The position numbers were made by a program, and so were the translations under genes. Shown here piece after piece: positions 37,004 to 49,978 of a stretch of DNA of 64,000 nucleotides. The stretch covers positions 372,001 through 436,000 of the forward strand of contig NIVC01000628.1 in NCBI GenBank assembly GCA_002269645.1, written 5' to 3'. Each line of letters opens with the position of its first letter. The first letter of the stretch is position 1. The notes beneath the pieces were generated by a model. That model searched no databases. It worked only from the letters and a program-made list of their open reading frames with translations, and was not told the origin of the DNA. The DNA comes from Macrostomum lignano (lineage: Eukaryota).

Positions 37004-39844
37004 TCAATCAGCGCCAGCAGTCTTGGGCAGAGGCAGGTCGGCGGACACGGCCAGAGCCCGGGCCTGAGCCAGCCCGGCCAGCAAGTCCTCTTTGGAATGC
37101 AGAGTCTCTGGCATGTCGGCCCGGGCCTCTTCCAGTCTGAGCTTGTCAATGTCGCAGCTGGTTAAGCTGATCTGCGAGGCGATGGCCGCGGCTGTGCTGC
37201 TGCTAGTCAGGGTTGTGGCCGTGAAGCCGTAGGTGAACGCGTAGGTTGGACCGCCCTGCCGCTCCGTTTGGATGGGCGAGTGGGGGTGGGGACGAGATAA
37301 TGCGGGCTGCAAGGGTACAGACTACAGACTCTTGACTGGCTGTCTGTGGGTCTGTAACAATTGATTTTACAGGCTTTTTGACAGACTATCAATGGGTCTG
37401 TTGCAGTTGATTTTACAGGCTTTTTGACAGGCTGTTTATGGGCCTGTAACAGTTGATTTTACAGGCTTTTTGACAGACTATCAATGGGTCTGTTACAGTT
37501 GATTCTACAGACTCTTGACAGGCTGTCTATCGGTTTGTTACAGTTGATTCTACAGGCTTTTTGACAGGCTGTCTATGGGCCTGTAACAGTTGATACTACA
37601 GGCTTTTTGACAGGCTGTTTATGGGCCTGTAACAGTTGATTTTACAGGCTTTTTGACAGACTATCAATGGGTCTGTTACAGTTGATTCTACAGACTCTTG
37701 ACAGGCTGTCTATCGGTTTGTTACAGTTGATTCTACAGGCTTTTTGACAGGCTGTTTATGGGCCTGTAACAGTTGATTTTACAGGCTTTTTGACAGGCTG
37801 TTTATGGGCCTGTAACAGTTGATTTTACAGGCTTTTTGACAGACTATCAATGGGTCTGTTACAGTTGATTTTACAGGCTACAGGCAAGGTGCCGCTATCC
37901 CCCAATCGGTACCTGTGGCCGCAAGAAGGAGGACATTGTGTAGCCGCAGCTCGTACGGGGCGGCAGCTCAGGAAAAGCCAGCGTCACCGAGCCGGCCGTG
38001 CAACGGACAGCGGCCGCAGCGGCGTCGGCGGCGGCAACTGCTGCAGCGGCCGTGGCAGCTGAGTCAGCGGCGGCGGCAGCGTCAGCGGCAGCAGATTCAG
38101 ACGAAGGCTTAGCCAGACGATCGGAGCGTTTCAATTCGGCGGCCTCCAGATATGGCGGACTGATAGGCGGCTGGGCTGGCTCCGAGTGCTGGTGCGCATC
38201 GGACAAAGGATAGTTCCTATCAGCGTCGTAGGCGCTGAGATCGCCGCAGGCTACAAACGGCACAACAACCCGGTTGGAGCCGCGCAGCTGGCTCAAGTCA
38301 AAATCGTAATAGCCGGTTAGCAGGGGATTAGACAGATTTGGCTCGTAGCCAATGGGAGGCCGGTAGCACTGGCACACGGCGAAGGCTTCCAGGCTGGAAT
38401 TTCGTGACGATCGCGGCTTGGCGATGGACACGGACTGGAAGAAGATTTTCAACTGGGCATGCAGCAGAGACACGTCGCGCCCGCGGAAGATTTTAGCAAC
38501 AAAAGTTGCTCCGGGCCCCAGCACGAAGGTGGCGATGTTGAGGGCGGCAATGAGCAGCTGGCTCTGCACGTATTCGTCAATGTCGTGCAGCCCGGTGACA
38601 TCCGGCGCGCCGTCGCAGACGACCAGATCGGCCGGCTTGCCGCCAAGCAGGTCGATGATGCCGCGGGCGGTGGCCGTCTTGGTGATGTCGCCCTGAAGCT
38701 GAGCCACTCCTGCTATCGGCGCCATCGCCTGCAAGTCGACGGCGACTATGTGCGCCGGAGCGTCGGGACCTTCAGCGCCGGTCGGGTTCAGCCGGCTGAC
38801 CAGCACCTGCGGTGGGAGTGATACGGATGCACCTTTGATGATCTTCGGCTTCACTCACAGCCTCTATTCTACATCACCCTGAGAGTCTACAGTCACAGCC
38901 TCTATTCTACATCACCCTGAGAGTCTACAGTCTCAGCCTCTATTCTACATCATCCTAAGAATCCATCCTTAGCCTGTACTTTCTACTACATCATTCTGAG
39001 AATCTACGAGTAGTCTCAGCCTCTATTCTACATCATCCTTAGAGTCGACAGTCTCAGCCTCTATTCTACATCATCCTTAGAGTCGACAGTCGCAGCCTCT
39101 ATTCTACATCATCCAGAGAGTCTACAGTCTCAGCCTCTATTCTACATCATCCTAAGAATCCATCCTTAGCCTCTACTTTCTACTACATCATTCTGAGAAT
39201 CTACGAGTAGTCTCAGCCTCTATTCTACATCATCCTGAGTCGACAGTCTCAGCCTCTATTCTACATCATCCTTAGAGTCGACAGTCTCAGCCTCTATTCT
39301 ACATCATCCTTAGAGTCGACAGTCGCAGCCTCTATTCTACATAATCCTGAGTCTACAGTCTCAGCTTTTATTCTACATAATCCTGAGTCTACAGTCTCAG
39401 CCTCTATTCTACATCATCCTGAGTCTACAGTCTCAGCCTCTATTCTACATCATCCTTATAGTCTACAGTCTCAGCTTCTATTCTTCATCATCCTTATAGT
39501 CTACAGTCTCAGCTTCTATTCTTCATCATCCTGAGAGTCTACAGTCTCAGTTTCTATTTGGCATCATTCTGCATCTAGTCTTGCTCTCAGCATCTGTTCT
39601 AAATCATCCAAACGACCCGCCCCCCTCTGGCAAACAACCATCAAGGGGTATTTTCAGCGGCACACACCTGACTCCAGCTTCCAGGCGCAGCGCACAGGTC
39701 CACAACCCGTTTAACCTTAGCCGGATCCAGCAGGCCAAACTCCTGATCCAACTGCAGCAGTTTGAAAGCGCTTCTAGCGCGCCAGCCCTCCTCTTTGGCC
39801 AGGCGATAATAGATGTCGCGCCTGTCTTTGCTAGACTTGCCCAT
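37004..39844 (-). CDS. FTSJ1: tRNA (cytidine 32/guanosine 34-2'-O)-methyltransferase (TRM7/FTSJ1) with an Ala-rich linker and C-terminal extension, about 440 aa
   Basis: Exon 1 39844-39668 [40 protein letters not shown]; exon 2 38806-37913 with [36 protein letters not shown]; probable exon 3 37255-37004 (phase 0). Confidence 0.93.
37330..37880. repeat. About 46-bp intronic minisatellite, about 12 copies, with a 183-bp higher-order repeat
   Basis: Unit GGCCTGTAACAGTTGATTTTACAGGCTTTTTGACAGGCTGTTTATG; a 4-unit variant block starts at 37441 and again at 37624. Confidence 0.9.
38855..39560. repeat. 36-38-bp intronic minisatellite in FTSJ1 intron 1
   Basis: Unit GAGTCTACAGTCTCAGCCTCTATTCTACATCATCCT(GA/TA). 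Confidence 0.92.
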
Positions 39845-40604
39845 AGTTCTGCCTGAACGGTTCAGGTCAAATAAGGTCACGTACTAAGCACAGATGTAAG
39901 ACTTTATAATATCGCTGATTTTGCGAATATTAGCGCATAAAATGGAGTTACAGAACACGATGTACTTCTGATTAAAGTGACCCGATTATGCAATTAATGC
40001 ATGCACATTGGATAATGGTAATGTTATTAATCCATATCTATTAAGCCAACATAAACTAAGTTATAGTTAATCTAGTACGCCTAGTTACCAATTATAAATT
40101 ACCATAAACGAACTCAACCCCAGCTACAAGGGTATTACGCGATGTCATAATCCAACTATAATACAAAAAATCCAATGAAATAAGCCAGACCAACTGTCAA
40201 TCCTCAAGTCGAGTCCAATATTAGCTTGGCAGCGAATTGCCGCGCGTAAGTTGAATTTTGTTTATATTTTTTCATATAAACCCGTAGAAACCCGTAGTTG
40301 AATTAGCCGATTTAGCCTACTTATAGTAGACAGTGACGTTAATTTTATTACATAAAAACAATACAAACAATGAATAACACACTGCGTTCGCTGCTGCTAA
40401 ACGGGGGGAGATGATTCACAGAATTATAAGTCAAAAGGGGTGGGTCAGAGAAAAGCGATTAATGAATGAATTCTCACCGAGGCACAACAGTTCGATCTTG
40501 CCACCCGAACTGGGGAGCGGTTCCGAGTAGGAGCCTAAATCCAAGGAACCAATTATCCCAATAAATAATAATTTTCATCACATCTTGAGCCACTGACTCA
40601 CATT

Positions 40605-41275
40605 AACTCGACCGTTCGACTAGCAACCGAACTCTCGAACTTTAATCGGTTCGAATTTGTTCTCAGGTCTGCATTCGAACCTCTAAATTTCGACTCTTTC
40701 GATCCTGTTCTCAGGCTGCTCGACTCGAACTCAACCCCCGACTCGCTCAAACCTGTTCTCAGGCTGCTCGACTCGAACTCAACCCCCGACTCGCTCAAAC
40801 CTGTTCTCAGGCTGCTCGACTCGAACTCAACCCCCGACTCGCTCGAACCTGTTCTCAGGCTGCTCGACTCGAACCCAGCCCTGACTCGCTCGAACCTGCT
40901 CTCAGGCTGCTCGACTCGAGTTCAGATCCCAATCGTTCGAACCTGTTCTCAGGCTGTTGGACTCGAACTCAACCCCCGACTCGCTCAAACCTGCTCTCAG
41001 GCTGCTCGACTCGAGTTCAGATCCCAATCGTTCGAACCTGTTCTCAGGCTGCTCGACTCGAACCCAGCCCCGACTCGCTCGAACCTGCTCTCAGGCTGCT
41101 CGACTCGAGTTCAGATCCCAATCGTTCGAACCTGTTCTCAGGCTGTTCGACTCGAACTCAACCCCGGCTCGGAGCAAAACCTATTCTCGGTTGTTCCGAC
41201 TCTCAATCGAACTCGAACACAAATTTCGACTCGTTCGAATTGGCTTTTCGATTCGATTCGAACTCGGAACTCTAA
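40605..41275. repeat. 48-bp TCGA-rich minisatellite within TTCGAA-rich flanks
   Basis: Unit GAACCTGTTCTCAGGCTGCTCGACTCGAACTCAACCCCCGACTCGCTC, about 10 copies. Confidence 0.9.
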
Positions 41276-41744
41276 ACCGCTCTCTCCGGGCGCAGACTCG
41301 CCCCAGGAGATGGAGCACACTCTGCAATTCGCAAATCAGTTAACAAATTATCTCCTAAACTTTTCATTGCGAACAACACTGGCTGTTACGGATTAGAAAA
41401 AGTAACGCAAACAAAAGAAAATGAATATGTTGCTATTGAAAATATTAGGAAAATAATAGTCCAACCAGACTACTGACCCACAGCAGTGCTAAAAACGGTA
41501 TTAATAATAGCAATAGTAGAATGGATAGAAGGAAAACTCACAACAGTAAGCAGTATTTTTTCAAAGGGATAGCTAAACACCACAGTACTATAGTAACTAA
41601 TCATAGCAATTACAACAGCAAAAGCCACATGCAGCAGAGCCTCATGCTAGTTGAAGGATGGACAGACGGGGTTTTTAAAAAATGGGTAAGACAACACTAA
41701 TGTAAACACCCACTTGCTTTAATTAATTAATTACTCGCGACTAT

Positions 41745-42239
41745 TTAGCGGTGACCATCGCGACGCCTCGGGCTGCGGCTGCGGCTCCGGCTGCGACTGT
41801 AGCTCCGGCCCCGGCTGTCGCTGCGGCTCCGGCTGAAGCTGCGGCTGCGACGACGTCCGCCTCCGCCGCCGCCACCGCCGCCACGGCCGCCGCCGCCGCC
41901 GCCACCGCCACCACCGCGCTCAGGGCACTCGTAGGCATAGTGGCCGACCCGGTCGCACTGGTAGCAGCGATCGTTGCGCGGCCCGGCGCCAGCTGCCCGG
42001 CGCTCGTTGCGCGCCAATTCCATCCGGACTCGGCGCCCATTGACGCGCGGCGCGTCGCGCACAGCGTCTTCGGCGTCGCGTCGATCAGCAAAGGTGGCGA
42101 AAGCGTAGGTGCCTTTGCCGTGCACCCAGACCGACTCCAGGCTGCCGTAGCGGCGCAGCGAGCGCTTGATGTCGCTTTCAGCAGTCCCGTCAGGCAAGTC
42201 GCCGACGTAAACACGGCGTCCCATTTCACTTTTGGACAT
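41745..42239 (-). CDS. SRSF7: SR splicing factor, SRSF7/9G8-like (RRM, CCHC zinc knuckle, Gly-rich, RS), intronless CDS
   Basis: RVYVGDLP..GTYAFATFADRRDAEDAVRD (RRM), CYQCDRVGHYAYEC, RSRSFSRSRS; CCACCATG start context. Confidence 0.88.
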   Translation of the reverse strand: MSKSEMGRRVYVGDLPDGTAESDIKRSLRRYGSLESVWVHGKGTYAFATFADRRDAEDAVRDAPRVNGRRVRMELARNERRAAGAGPRNDRCYQCDRVGHYAYECPERGGGGGGGGGGRGGGGGGGGGRRRSRSFSRSRSDSRGRSYSRSRSRSRSPRRRDGHR

Positions 42240-42313
42240 GGTGGCTGTTAGAGCATCAGTTTAGGACGGATTTTGGTTGATTATAATATTCATAAGGAAT
42301 AGAAAGCTCATTC

Positions 42314-44237
42314 ATGATGAGCCTCACTATCTACTGATGAGCGACAGTTCACCCATAGTGAGCCTCACTATCTACCAGACAGTTCACCAATAGTGAGCCT
42401 CACTATCTACCAGACAGTTCATCCATGATGAGCCTCACTATCTACCAGACAGTTCACCAATAGTGAGCCTCACTATCTACCAGACAGTTCATCCACAATG
42501 AGCCTCACTATCTACCAGAGAGTTCACCCATAGTGAGCCTCACTATCTACCAGAGAGTTCATCCATAATGAGCCTCACTATCTACCAGACAGTTCATCCA
42601 TGATGAGCCTCACTATCTACCAGACAGTTCACCTATAATTAGCCTCACTATCTACCAGACAGTTCATCCACAATGAGCCTCACTATCTACCAGAGAGTTC
42701 ACCCATAGTGAGCCTCACTATCTACCAGAGAGTTCACCCATAGTGAGCCTCACTATCTACCAGACAGTTCATCCATGATGAGCCTCACTATCTACCAGAG
42801 AGTTCACCTATAATTAGCCTCACTATCCACCAGACAGTTCATCCACAATGAGCCTCACTATCTACCAGACGGTTCATCTATAATTAGCCTCACTATCTAC
42901 CAGACAGTTCATCCATAATGAGCCTCACTATCTACCAGACAGTTCACCTATAATTAGCCTCACTATCTACCAGACAGTTCATCCATAATGAGCCTCACTA
43001 TCTAACAGACAGTTCACCTATAATTAGCCTCACTATCTACCAGACAGTTCATCCATGATGAGCCTCACTATCTACCAGACAGTTCACCTATAATTAGCCT
43101 CACTATCTACCAGACAGTTCATCCACAATGAGCCTCACTATCTACCAGACAGTTCATCCACAATGAGCCTCACTATCTACCAGAGAGTTCACCTATAATT
43201 AGCCTCACTATCTACCAGACAGTTCATCCATGATGAGCCTCACTATCTACCAGACAGTTCACCTATAATTAGCCTCACTATCTACCAGACAGTTTATCCA
43301 TGATGAGCCTCACTATCTACCAGACAGTTCACCTATAATTAGCCTCACTATCTACCAGACAGTTTATCCATGATGAGCCTCACTATCTACCAGACAGTTC
43401 ATCCATGATGAGCCTCACTATCTACCAGACAGTTCACCTATAATTAGCCTCACTATCTACCAGACAGTTCATCCATGATGAGCCTCACTATCTACCAGAC
43501 AGTTCACCTATAATGAGCCTCACTATCTACCAGACAGTTCACCTATAATTAGCCTCACTATCCACCAGACAGTTCATCCATGATGAGCCTCACTATCTAC
43601 CAGACAGTTCACCTATAATTAGCCTCACTATCTACCAGACAGTTTATCCATGATGAGCCTCACTATCTACCAGACAGTTCATCCATAATGAGCCTCACTA
43701 TCTACCAGACAGTTCATCCATGATGAGCCTCACTATCTACCAGACAGTTCATCCATAATGAGCCTCACTATCTAACAGACAGTTCACCTATAATTAGCCT
43801 CACTATCTACCAGACAGTTCATCCATAATGAGCCTCACTATCTACCAGACAGTTCATCCATGATGAGCCTCACTATCTACCAGACAGTTCATCCATGATG
43901 AGCCTCACTATCTACCAGACAGTTCATCCATGATGAGCCTCACTATCTACCAGACAGTTCACCTATAATTAGCCTCACTATCTACCAGACAGTTCATCCA
44001 TAATGAGCCTCACTATCTACCAGACAGTTCATCCATGATGAGCCTCACTATCTACCAGACAGTTCATCCATGATGAGCCTCACTATCTACCAGACAGTTC
44101 ATCCATGATGAGCCTCACTATCTACCAGACAGTTCACCTATAATTAGCCTCACTATCTACCAGACAGTTCATCCATGATGAGCCTCACTATCTACCAGAC
44201 AGTTCACCTATAATTAGCCTCACTATCTACCAGACAG
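42314..44237. repeat. 35-bp satellite, about 55 copies
   Basis: Unit GAGCCTCACTATCTACCAGACAGTTCATCCATGAT with recurrent variants ..TTCACCTATAATTAGCC and ..CCCATAGTGAGCC. Confidence 0.97.
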
Positions 44238-45139
44238 CTACAAGGCATTTCAAATATTAAAGCCAAACACAATCCTAGACACTAAACAGAAATAGATGAA
44301 GCAAAGAGACAGGGCAATACTTTATCAACAAAATGTTTTTATTTTGAGTTTTCTAACAAACGCATACTAAATTTATAGGTGAAAAATATGAATGCTTTCA
44401 ATTCCAGAATCGACTCGCTTTCACATTGTTAATCAAATTAATCAGACCAATGACGACAATAGCAATAAGGATAAACAGATGATAAAGTACAATAAACGGT
44501 TGTAATTAAGAATACTATTACCTAAGACTACTACTCATAAAATTATGTTTATTTATCGTTAACTGCTGTAGGAATGAACTACTTTTCCACCTATACATTA
44601 TGGATCAGCATTTGATGCTATAATTTCGTATTGAGAACGATAGACGAATATGATATATAAAAATACAACTTGATAGCAAGACCTGTACCATCTACATCTC
44701 GATTTGAAACCCTGCAGTTTTTCATATTCAATCAATCTGTAGCGGAATTATAAATGCGAGATACTCAATTTAATTATATACTTGGCGAGTGAAATTTTCA
44801 CAGAAAAACAGGCGGCAATTTTTGTCCCAAAAATTAAAAGTATGAAAAGTTGTAATTTTTGACATTATTGCGTTGTTAGGGCAACTATTCGAGTAAAAAA
44901 ACATATTACTTAGCAAGATACCAAGAGAACCAAGACTTCTATGAAGGGGAGGAGAAGTCTACAAAGTCTACAAAGAAGTCTACGAAGTCTACAAAGAGAC
45001 GGAGAATTCTATGAGGCGGAGAATTCCATGAAGTGTGGTGTAATTTTACGAAGGGACAGACTTTTAGAAAAGGGCGGAGAGTTCCATAAAGTGGGGAAAA
45101 CGGGTTCAATCCATAGATATCATAGCAACTAAATATTAA

Positions 45140-48100
45140 TCAATAAAAATGGCCCCGAGCGACATTATAGAAGCTATTAGAAGATAATGACGACTGATTG
45201 ACTGACTGTTGACCAGTGCCAATAGCAGAATGACCAGCCCCTAGAAACATGGGCGGAGGCCGCTGTTGCTGCTGCTGCTGTTGTTGCAGAAGCTCCTGCG
45301 TATTGACGTGCCTATAGTAAGCGTCTGGCTGATGCTGGCCGGAATAATTAGTATTGGAAGCCGCCGATCCGCTAGGCCAGGGCTGTGTTGGACCCGACGG
45401 ACTGCGACGGTGCTCGTAGCGATGACGGCTGCTGCGACTGCGGCTGCGACTTCGCCGACGGCTGCTCCGGCGACGGTCTCGCGATGAAGACGAGGGATCC
45501 CAACTTGATAAAAAAGAATAACAAAATGCGCGAGTTTAGCTAACTTACTATTAGTAGTATAACTATATAAAATCATAAAACAATAATTGTGCCTCTTAGT
45601 ACGAATCGCTGTTCAGAGAAAATAGCACTCGCCTGGATGCGACCAGATATTAAGAGGCTTACGCGTTTTTTATTAAACTTTTACTGTTGGAAGCTGTCAA
45701 TCAAGAATGTTTAATTCCATCCCATCATGACCGCCAGCTGCAATGTTTTTTGTCCTGTTTGGCTTGGCCAATGACCGTCAACAGGGTTTGCGGCCGACGG
45801 AAGTTGATATCGATTGGCGCTCTTTGTCACCAATCGATACCAACTGATGGGGTTCAGCTTCCGAATAGAACTGTTGTATACTGCTGTATTACTATTTTTT
45901 CAGGGATTCTGATAGGCGATCGGTTGAGAATAATCTTAATGGACAGTTTGGGGACTTCTAAGGACAGTATGGGAATTAGGGATGATTCTAAAGGACAGTC
46001 TGGGGATAATTCTACTGGACAGTCTGGGGATTGAGGATAGTTCTAATGGACAGTCTGGGAATTGGGGATAGTTCTAATGGACAGTCTGGGAATTGGGGAT
46101 AGTTCTAATGGACAGTATGACGATTGGGGATAGTTCTAATGGACAGTCTGAGAATTGGGGATAGTTCTAATGGACAGTCTGGGAATTAGGGATAATTGTC
46201 GCTCACCTGCTGCGAGCCGTAGAGTGGCTGGCCCGCCGCCCGGACCGCGAACGGGACCGAGACCTGGGGTTTCTATCTTTACGCGACCGCTGATCTTGTT
46301 CCCATTTTTTGCGCTCCCATTCGTCGCGCAACTCGCGTTCCATTTGCTCGCGCATTCGCCGAAAATCCTCCTGTTCTCGCATCACTCTGCGCTCCTCGGA
46401 TAGCGCCCGCTCTCGCTCCCATTGGAGCTGTCTACGCTCGGCTTCCAGTTGCTCATGCTCACGCTGAATCTCCCGCTGCATTAGCAATAATTCTTGTTGC
46501 TGACTAATGCTTGGCGACTGATGATGGTGATGCTGCTGCCTGTGCCAGGCTCCGATAGGCGCGGTCTGGGCGGAGTCGGCAACGCCCAGCGACATCAACG
46601 GCGAAGGCTGCTGGGTCGCGCCGCCTCGAGCGCATCTGGCCGACTCGAGAAGATGTCGCAGATCGTCGGAACGAACGGAAGCAGCCGGATGCAGCAGCGT
46701 AGGACGCTGAATTGGATGATCCAACTCGGCTGGCGGATCCGGGAGCGGCGAGTCCGGATATGGCGCCTGGCTTTGCTTTTGTTCTTGTCGCAGAAGTCGG
46801 CTTTTTCTGTGACGCCTAGCCGCTGCGCCAGACGTGCGGGACAGGGCTGCGGAATGACTACTGTTTCTTTTAGTGGACCTGCTGCCGCTACTAGAAGCTG
46901 CTTCCTCGGGAATTGGCTGTTTCGAATAGGACATTAGCAGTGTAGGACGAGCCTTTTCCGGTTTAGAAGCAGAAGCAGACTTGGCGGAAGAAGACGAGCT
47001 AGGCTTCTTATTTGTGTAGGCTGCATTACTTTTGTCCGACGATGCTTTCGATTGCTGCGACTTGTTCGGCGATTTCGGGAGCCCAGATTTTCCTGGGGCT
47101 GGCGGCTTGTTAGCAGCTGGACTTTGCTGGAATGGCAAATAATAAATCTAAGTAAACACGCGTTTCATACTACTTAGATAGGGAAGCAAAGGAATTAAGG
47201 AAAAGCAAGTAGTCATACGCACTAAAGCCAATACACAGGATGTAAAAGCAGTCATGACTTTCTAATCGGCAGGGCATGTAAACTCTGTCTTGGGGATTGG
47301 GCCTCATGGGTGCAAATCGCACAAAGCCCCAGGCCAATTTTTATGCACAGGACCCAAATTAATGTGGCTGCGGGTGGAATCAAACGTGGATAACTTAGCG
47401 GGAGGGTCAGACGCGATAACCTGACACACATACATCTGACACACGCACACCTGACACATACATGACACACGCACAACTGACATATACATGACACACGCAC
47501 ACCTGACATATACATCTGACACACGCACACCTGACATATACATCTGACACACGTACACCTGACATATACATCTGACACACGCACACCTGACCCATGCACA
47601 TCTGACATAAGCACACCTGACCCACGCACACCTGACACGCACACCTGACATACATCTGGCCCCCGCACACCTGACACATACATCTGACCCACGCACACCT
47701 CACCCACGCACACCTGACATACATCTGACCCCCGCACACCTGACATGCACACCTGACACATGCGGCCATGCACACCTGACACACGCACATAATTCATCTC
47801 ACCTTTTTGCTCTCAGGTAATGGGTCCGGCCGTTTATCAGAGGAAGAATCTGGTAATGATTCAGAAACAGTTGATGCTGTCCCTGTTGCCACTTTGTCAT
47901 TTTTACAGGCCTCCTTGTCAGCATTCTTCTGTCTTGGCGCCACGGGCGGTGATCTGGCTACACTGATTTGCTGGCCATGAAACTCCAACTGGTTGAGCTG
48001 CTGTTGGCACCTGCAGTTTAACAGATTTGGTTCAAGTTTAAAGTTTAAAAGAAAACTTTGAGTCTCATTTTTGCTCACCTATCAACTTCCTCTGCTGAGG

Positions 48101-48687
48101 CCAGCTGCACTAAACCGCAGCGCTCTTGCCTGCTAGAGTTATCATCAGAGATCTGGGCCGACACCGCCCTGGCAACAATTTTTGTGGACACAACGCGGCC
48201 ATACTGGCTAAAGAGTTCCTTGAGATGAGCAGCTTTGACCTCGTCGGCGAGATTGCTGACCCACAGTAGGTAGCGGGAGTCTGCAAAAGTTAAAAAAATA
48301 TTGGCTTCAACATTCCATGCACAAATACCAATTCATAAGTAGGCTAATTATTCCTATTGCCTAACTCACCATTAATATCGCTTTTCTTTAACCTTTTCTG
48401 GAATGCATTCCAAATTTGATGCATTTATATTAAATGAAAACTTGAACGAAGTTATGAATACACAGATGATTACCTCTGGCTGGGAAATCACATCATTAGG
48501 AATACTGCACTGGCTTTCTGAACAATCTTGCTGGTCTGTACAATCTATAAAAATGATATAAATAAACTATTGGCATACTATTCCAATAGAAAATTTAATA
48601 TACAATTATACATTTCAGTAAATTAGGCACAAAACCATATTTACCAGGTATGCAAGACCCCTGAGACTGTCCTGTGCCTGTCAAATG
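45140..48687 (-). CDS. SAFB/SLTM-like RNA-binding protein (RRM, R/E coiled coil, RS tail); 5' exons not resolved
   Basis: RRM LWVSNLADEVKAAHLKELFSQYGRVVSTKIV..EVDRCQQQLNQLEFHGQQISV resembles the SAFB RRM. Phase-consistent exons: 48687-48645, 48544-48474, 48397-48370, 48280-48079, 48010-47803, 47126-46207, 45503-45140. Confidence 0.75.
45945..46195. repeat. 31-bp intronic minisatellite, about 8 copies
   Basis: Unit GGACAGTCTGGGAATTGGGGATAGTTCTAAT. Confidence 0.9.
47420..47790. repeat. 16-18-bp intronic repeat
   Basis: Alternating CACCTGACACACGCA and CATCTGACATATA-type units. Confidence 0.85.
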
Positions 48688-49938
48688 CTGCAAATGAAAA
48701 GGCATAGTAAAAGGGATTACTTAAATTCAAATGGAAGCTTTAAAAACATTGCAATTGTAAATCAATTGTGGTTAAAAGTAGATTAAATTTTTGTTATAAT
48801 TAATTTGCTATAATTTATGTTTCTTCCTTGTTAGAAATTAGGTGCCTGTCTATAAAATAGTTGGTATTTCCTTTGAGTTTTATGCATTTTTGCTAGATTC
48901 CAACTTAGTGATAAAATTTTAAGACAACTTGGTATTAGAAGTGAATTTTTACACATAGAACATTAACATAACTACTTATAATATTCTCTTATTGTCTAGA
49001 TAGGAGGGAAATATGAACATTATGATAAGATTCTTATTGATACATGTGAACACTTTTTTTAATTTCTTAGTCATTTTTAATATAAAGATAAAGAACCAGT
49101 CTTAGTTCATAAAAATATTTTTCTGTAAAAAATTGTTCATTTATATTTGTTTTATATTTTATATTAATGTTAGTTTTGTATGATTAATATGAAAAGCTAT
49201 TATTTCAACCTTGTAAACAAAATATTTATTTAATGAGACTAATTTTGATATATTTTTAATTCATAGTTTTAATTGTTAGTACAATGGATATCACAAAAGT
49301 TTCTAAGCTGAGATTATCATTTTTCATACAAATGCTTAAGCCATCTGAAATTTAATAAATACAACTACAAATTCATTTAAAAACAGCATTTACAGAATTA
49401 AAATTGGTTAAATAAACCTTCTTTAGTTATATTAATACTTTGCAAATTGGGTAGACAATTCAAAGAATATATTTGGTATATAACTTGTATACCTTTATGA
49501 CTTAAAGACTGATTATAATACAAAAGTTAAAATATTAAATCAACTTTTAGACTTTGTCATGATTTTGTTCATTAAAACTTTGCTTTTATTTTTTTGTTTA
49601 GAATTTATTGTCAATAGTTTATATATAATAATCAATTTTTATCAATTTTACTTTTAACTCAAGACGATTTCATTCCTATATTTAGTTCTCTAAATAGTAT
49701 CTACATGTTTTGGTGCCTGTGCTTTTTGGTACCTGACATTTTGGTATCTTAGTTAGTTTTTTGGTGCCTAAAACTAAATTGAAAATTAGAATTAGATACC
49801 AATGGCTTGGAGTGTGCACTACTGCACCGTGTGTTAACTTGTTTTGATTGAAAACTACGTACAATAATTTATATTGTTTATTCAACTTATCATAGGTATA
49901 TTTATTCAACTGCTTATTAGAATTTTCAATTTCACTAC

Positions 49939-49978
49939 TGCCCTGACGATGACCTACAAGGGTCGAAATGCATTGGCA
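49939..49978 (+). ncRNA. Minimal type-I hammerhead ribozyme motif of Penelope-element type
   Basis: TGCC-CTGACGA-T-GACC(TACAAG)GGTC-GAAA-TGCA-TT-GGCA: stem I, CUGANGA core, 4-bp stem II, GAAA, palindromic stem III loop and UH site. Confidence 0.75.

Noticed and set aside
42330-42375. Hammerhead core CTGATGAG at the satellite start
   Set aside because: No downstream GAAA or compatible stems.
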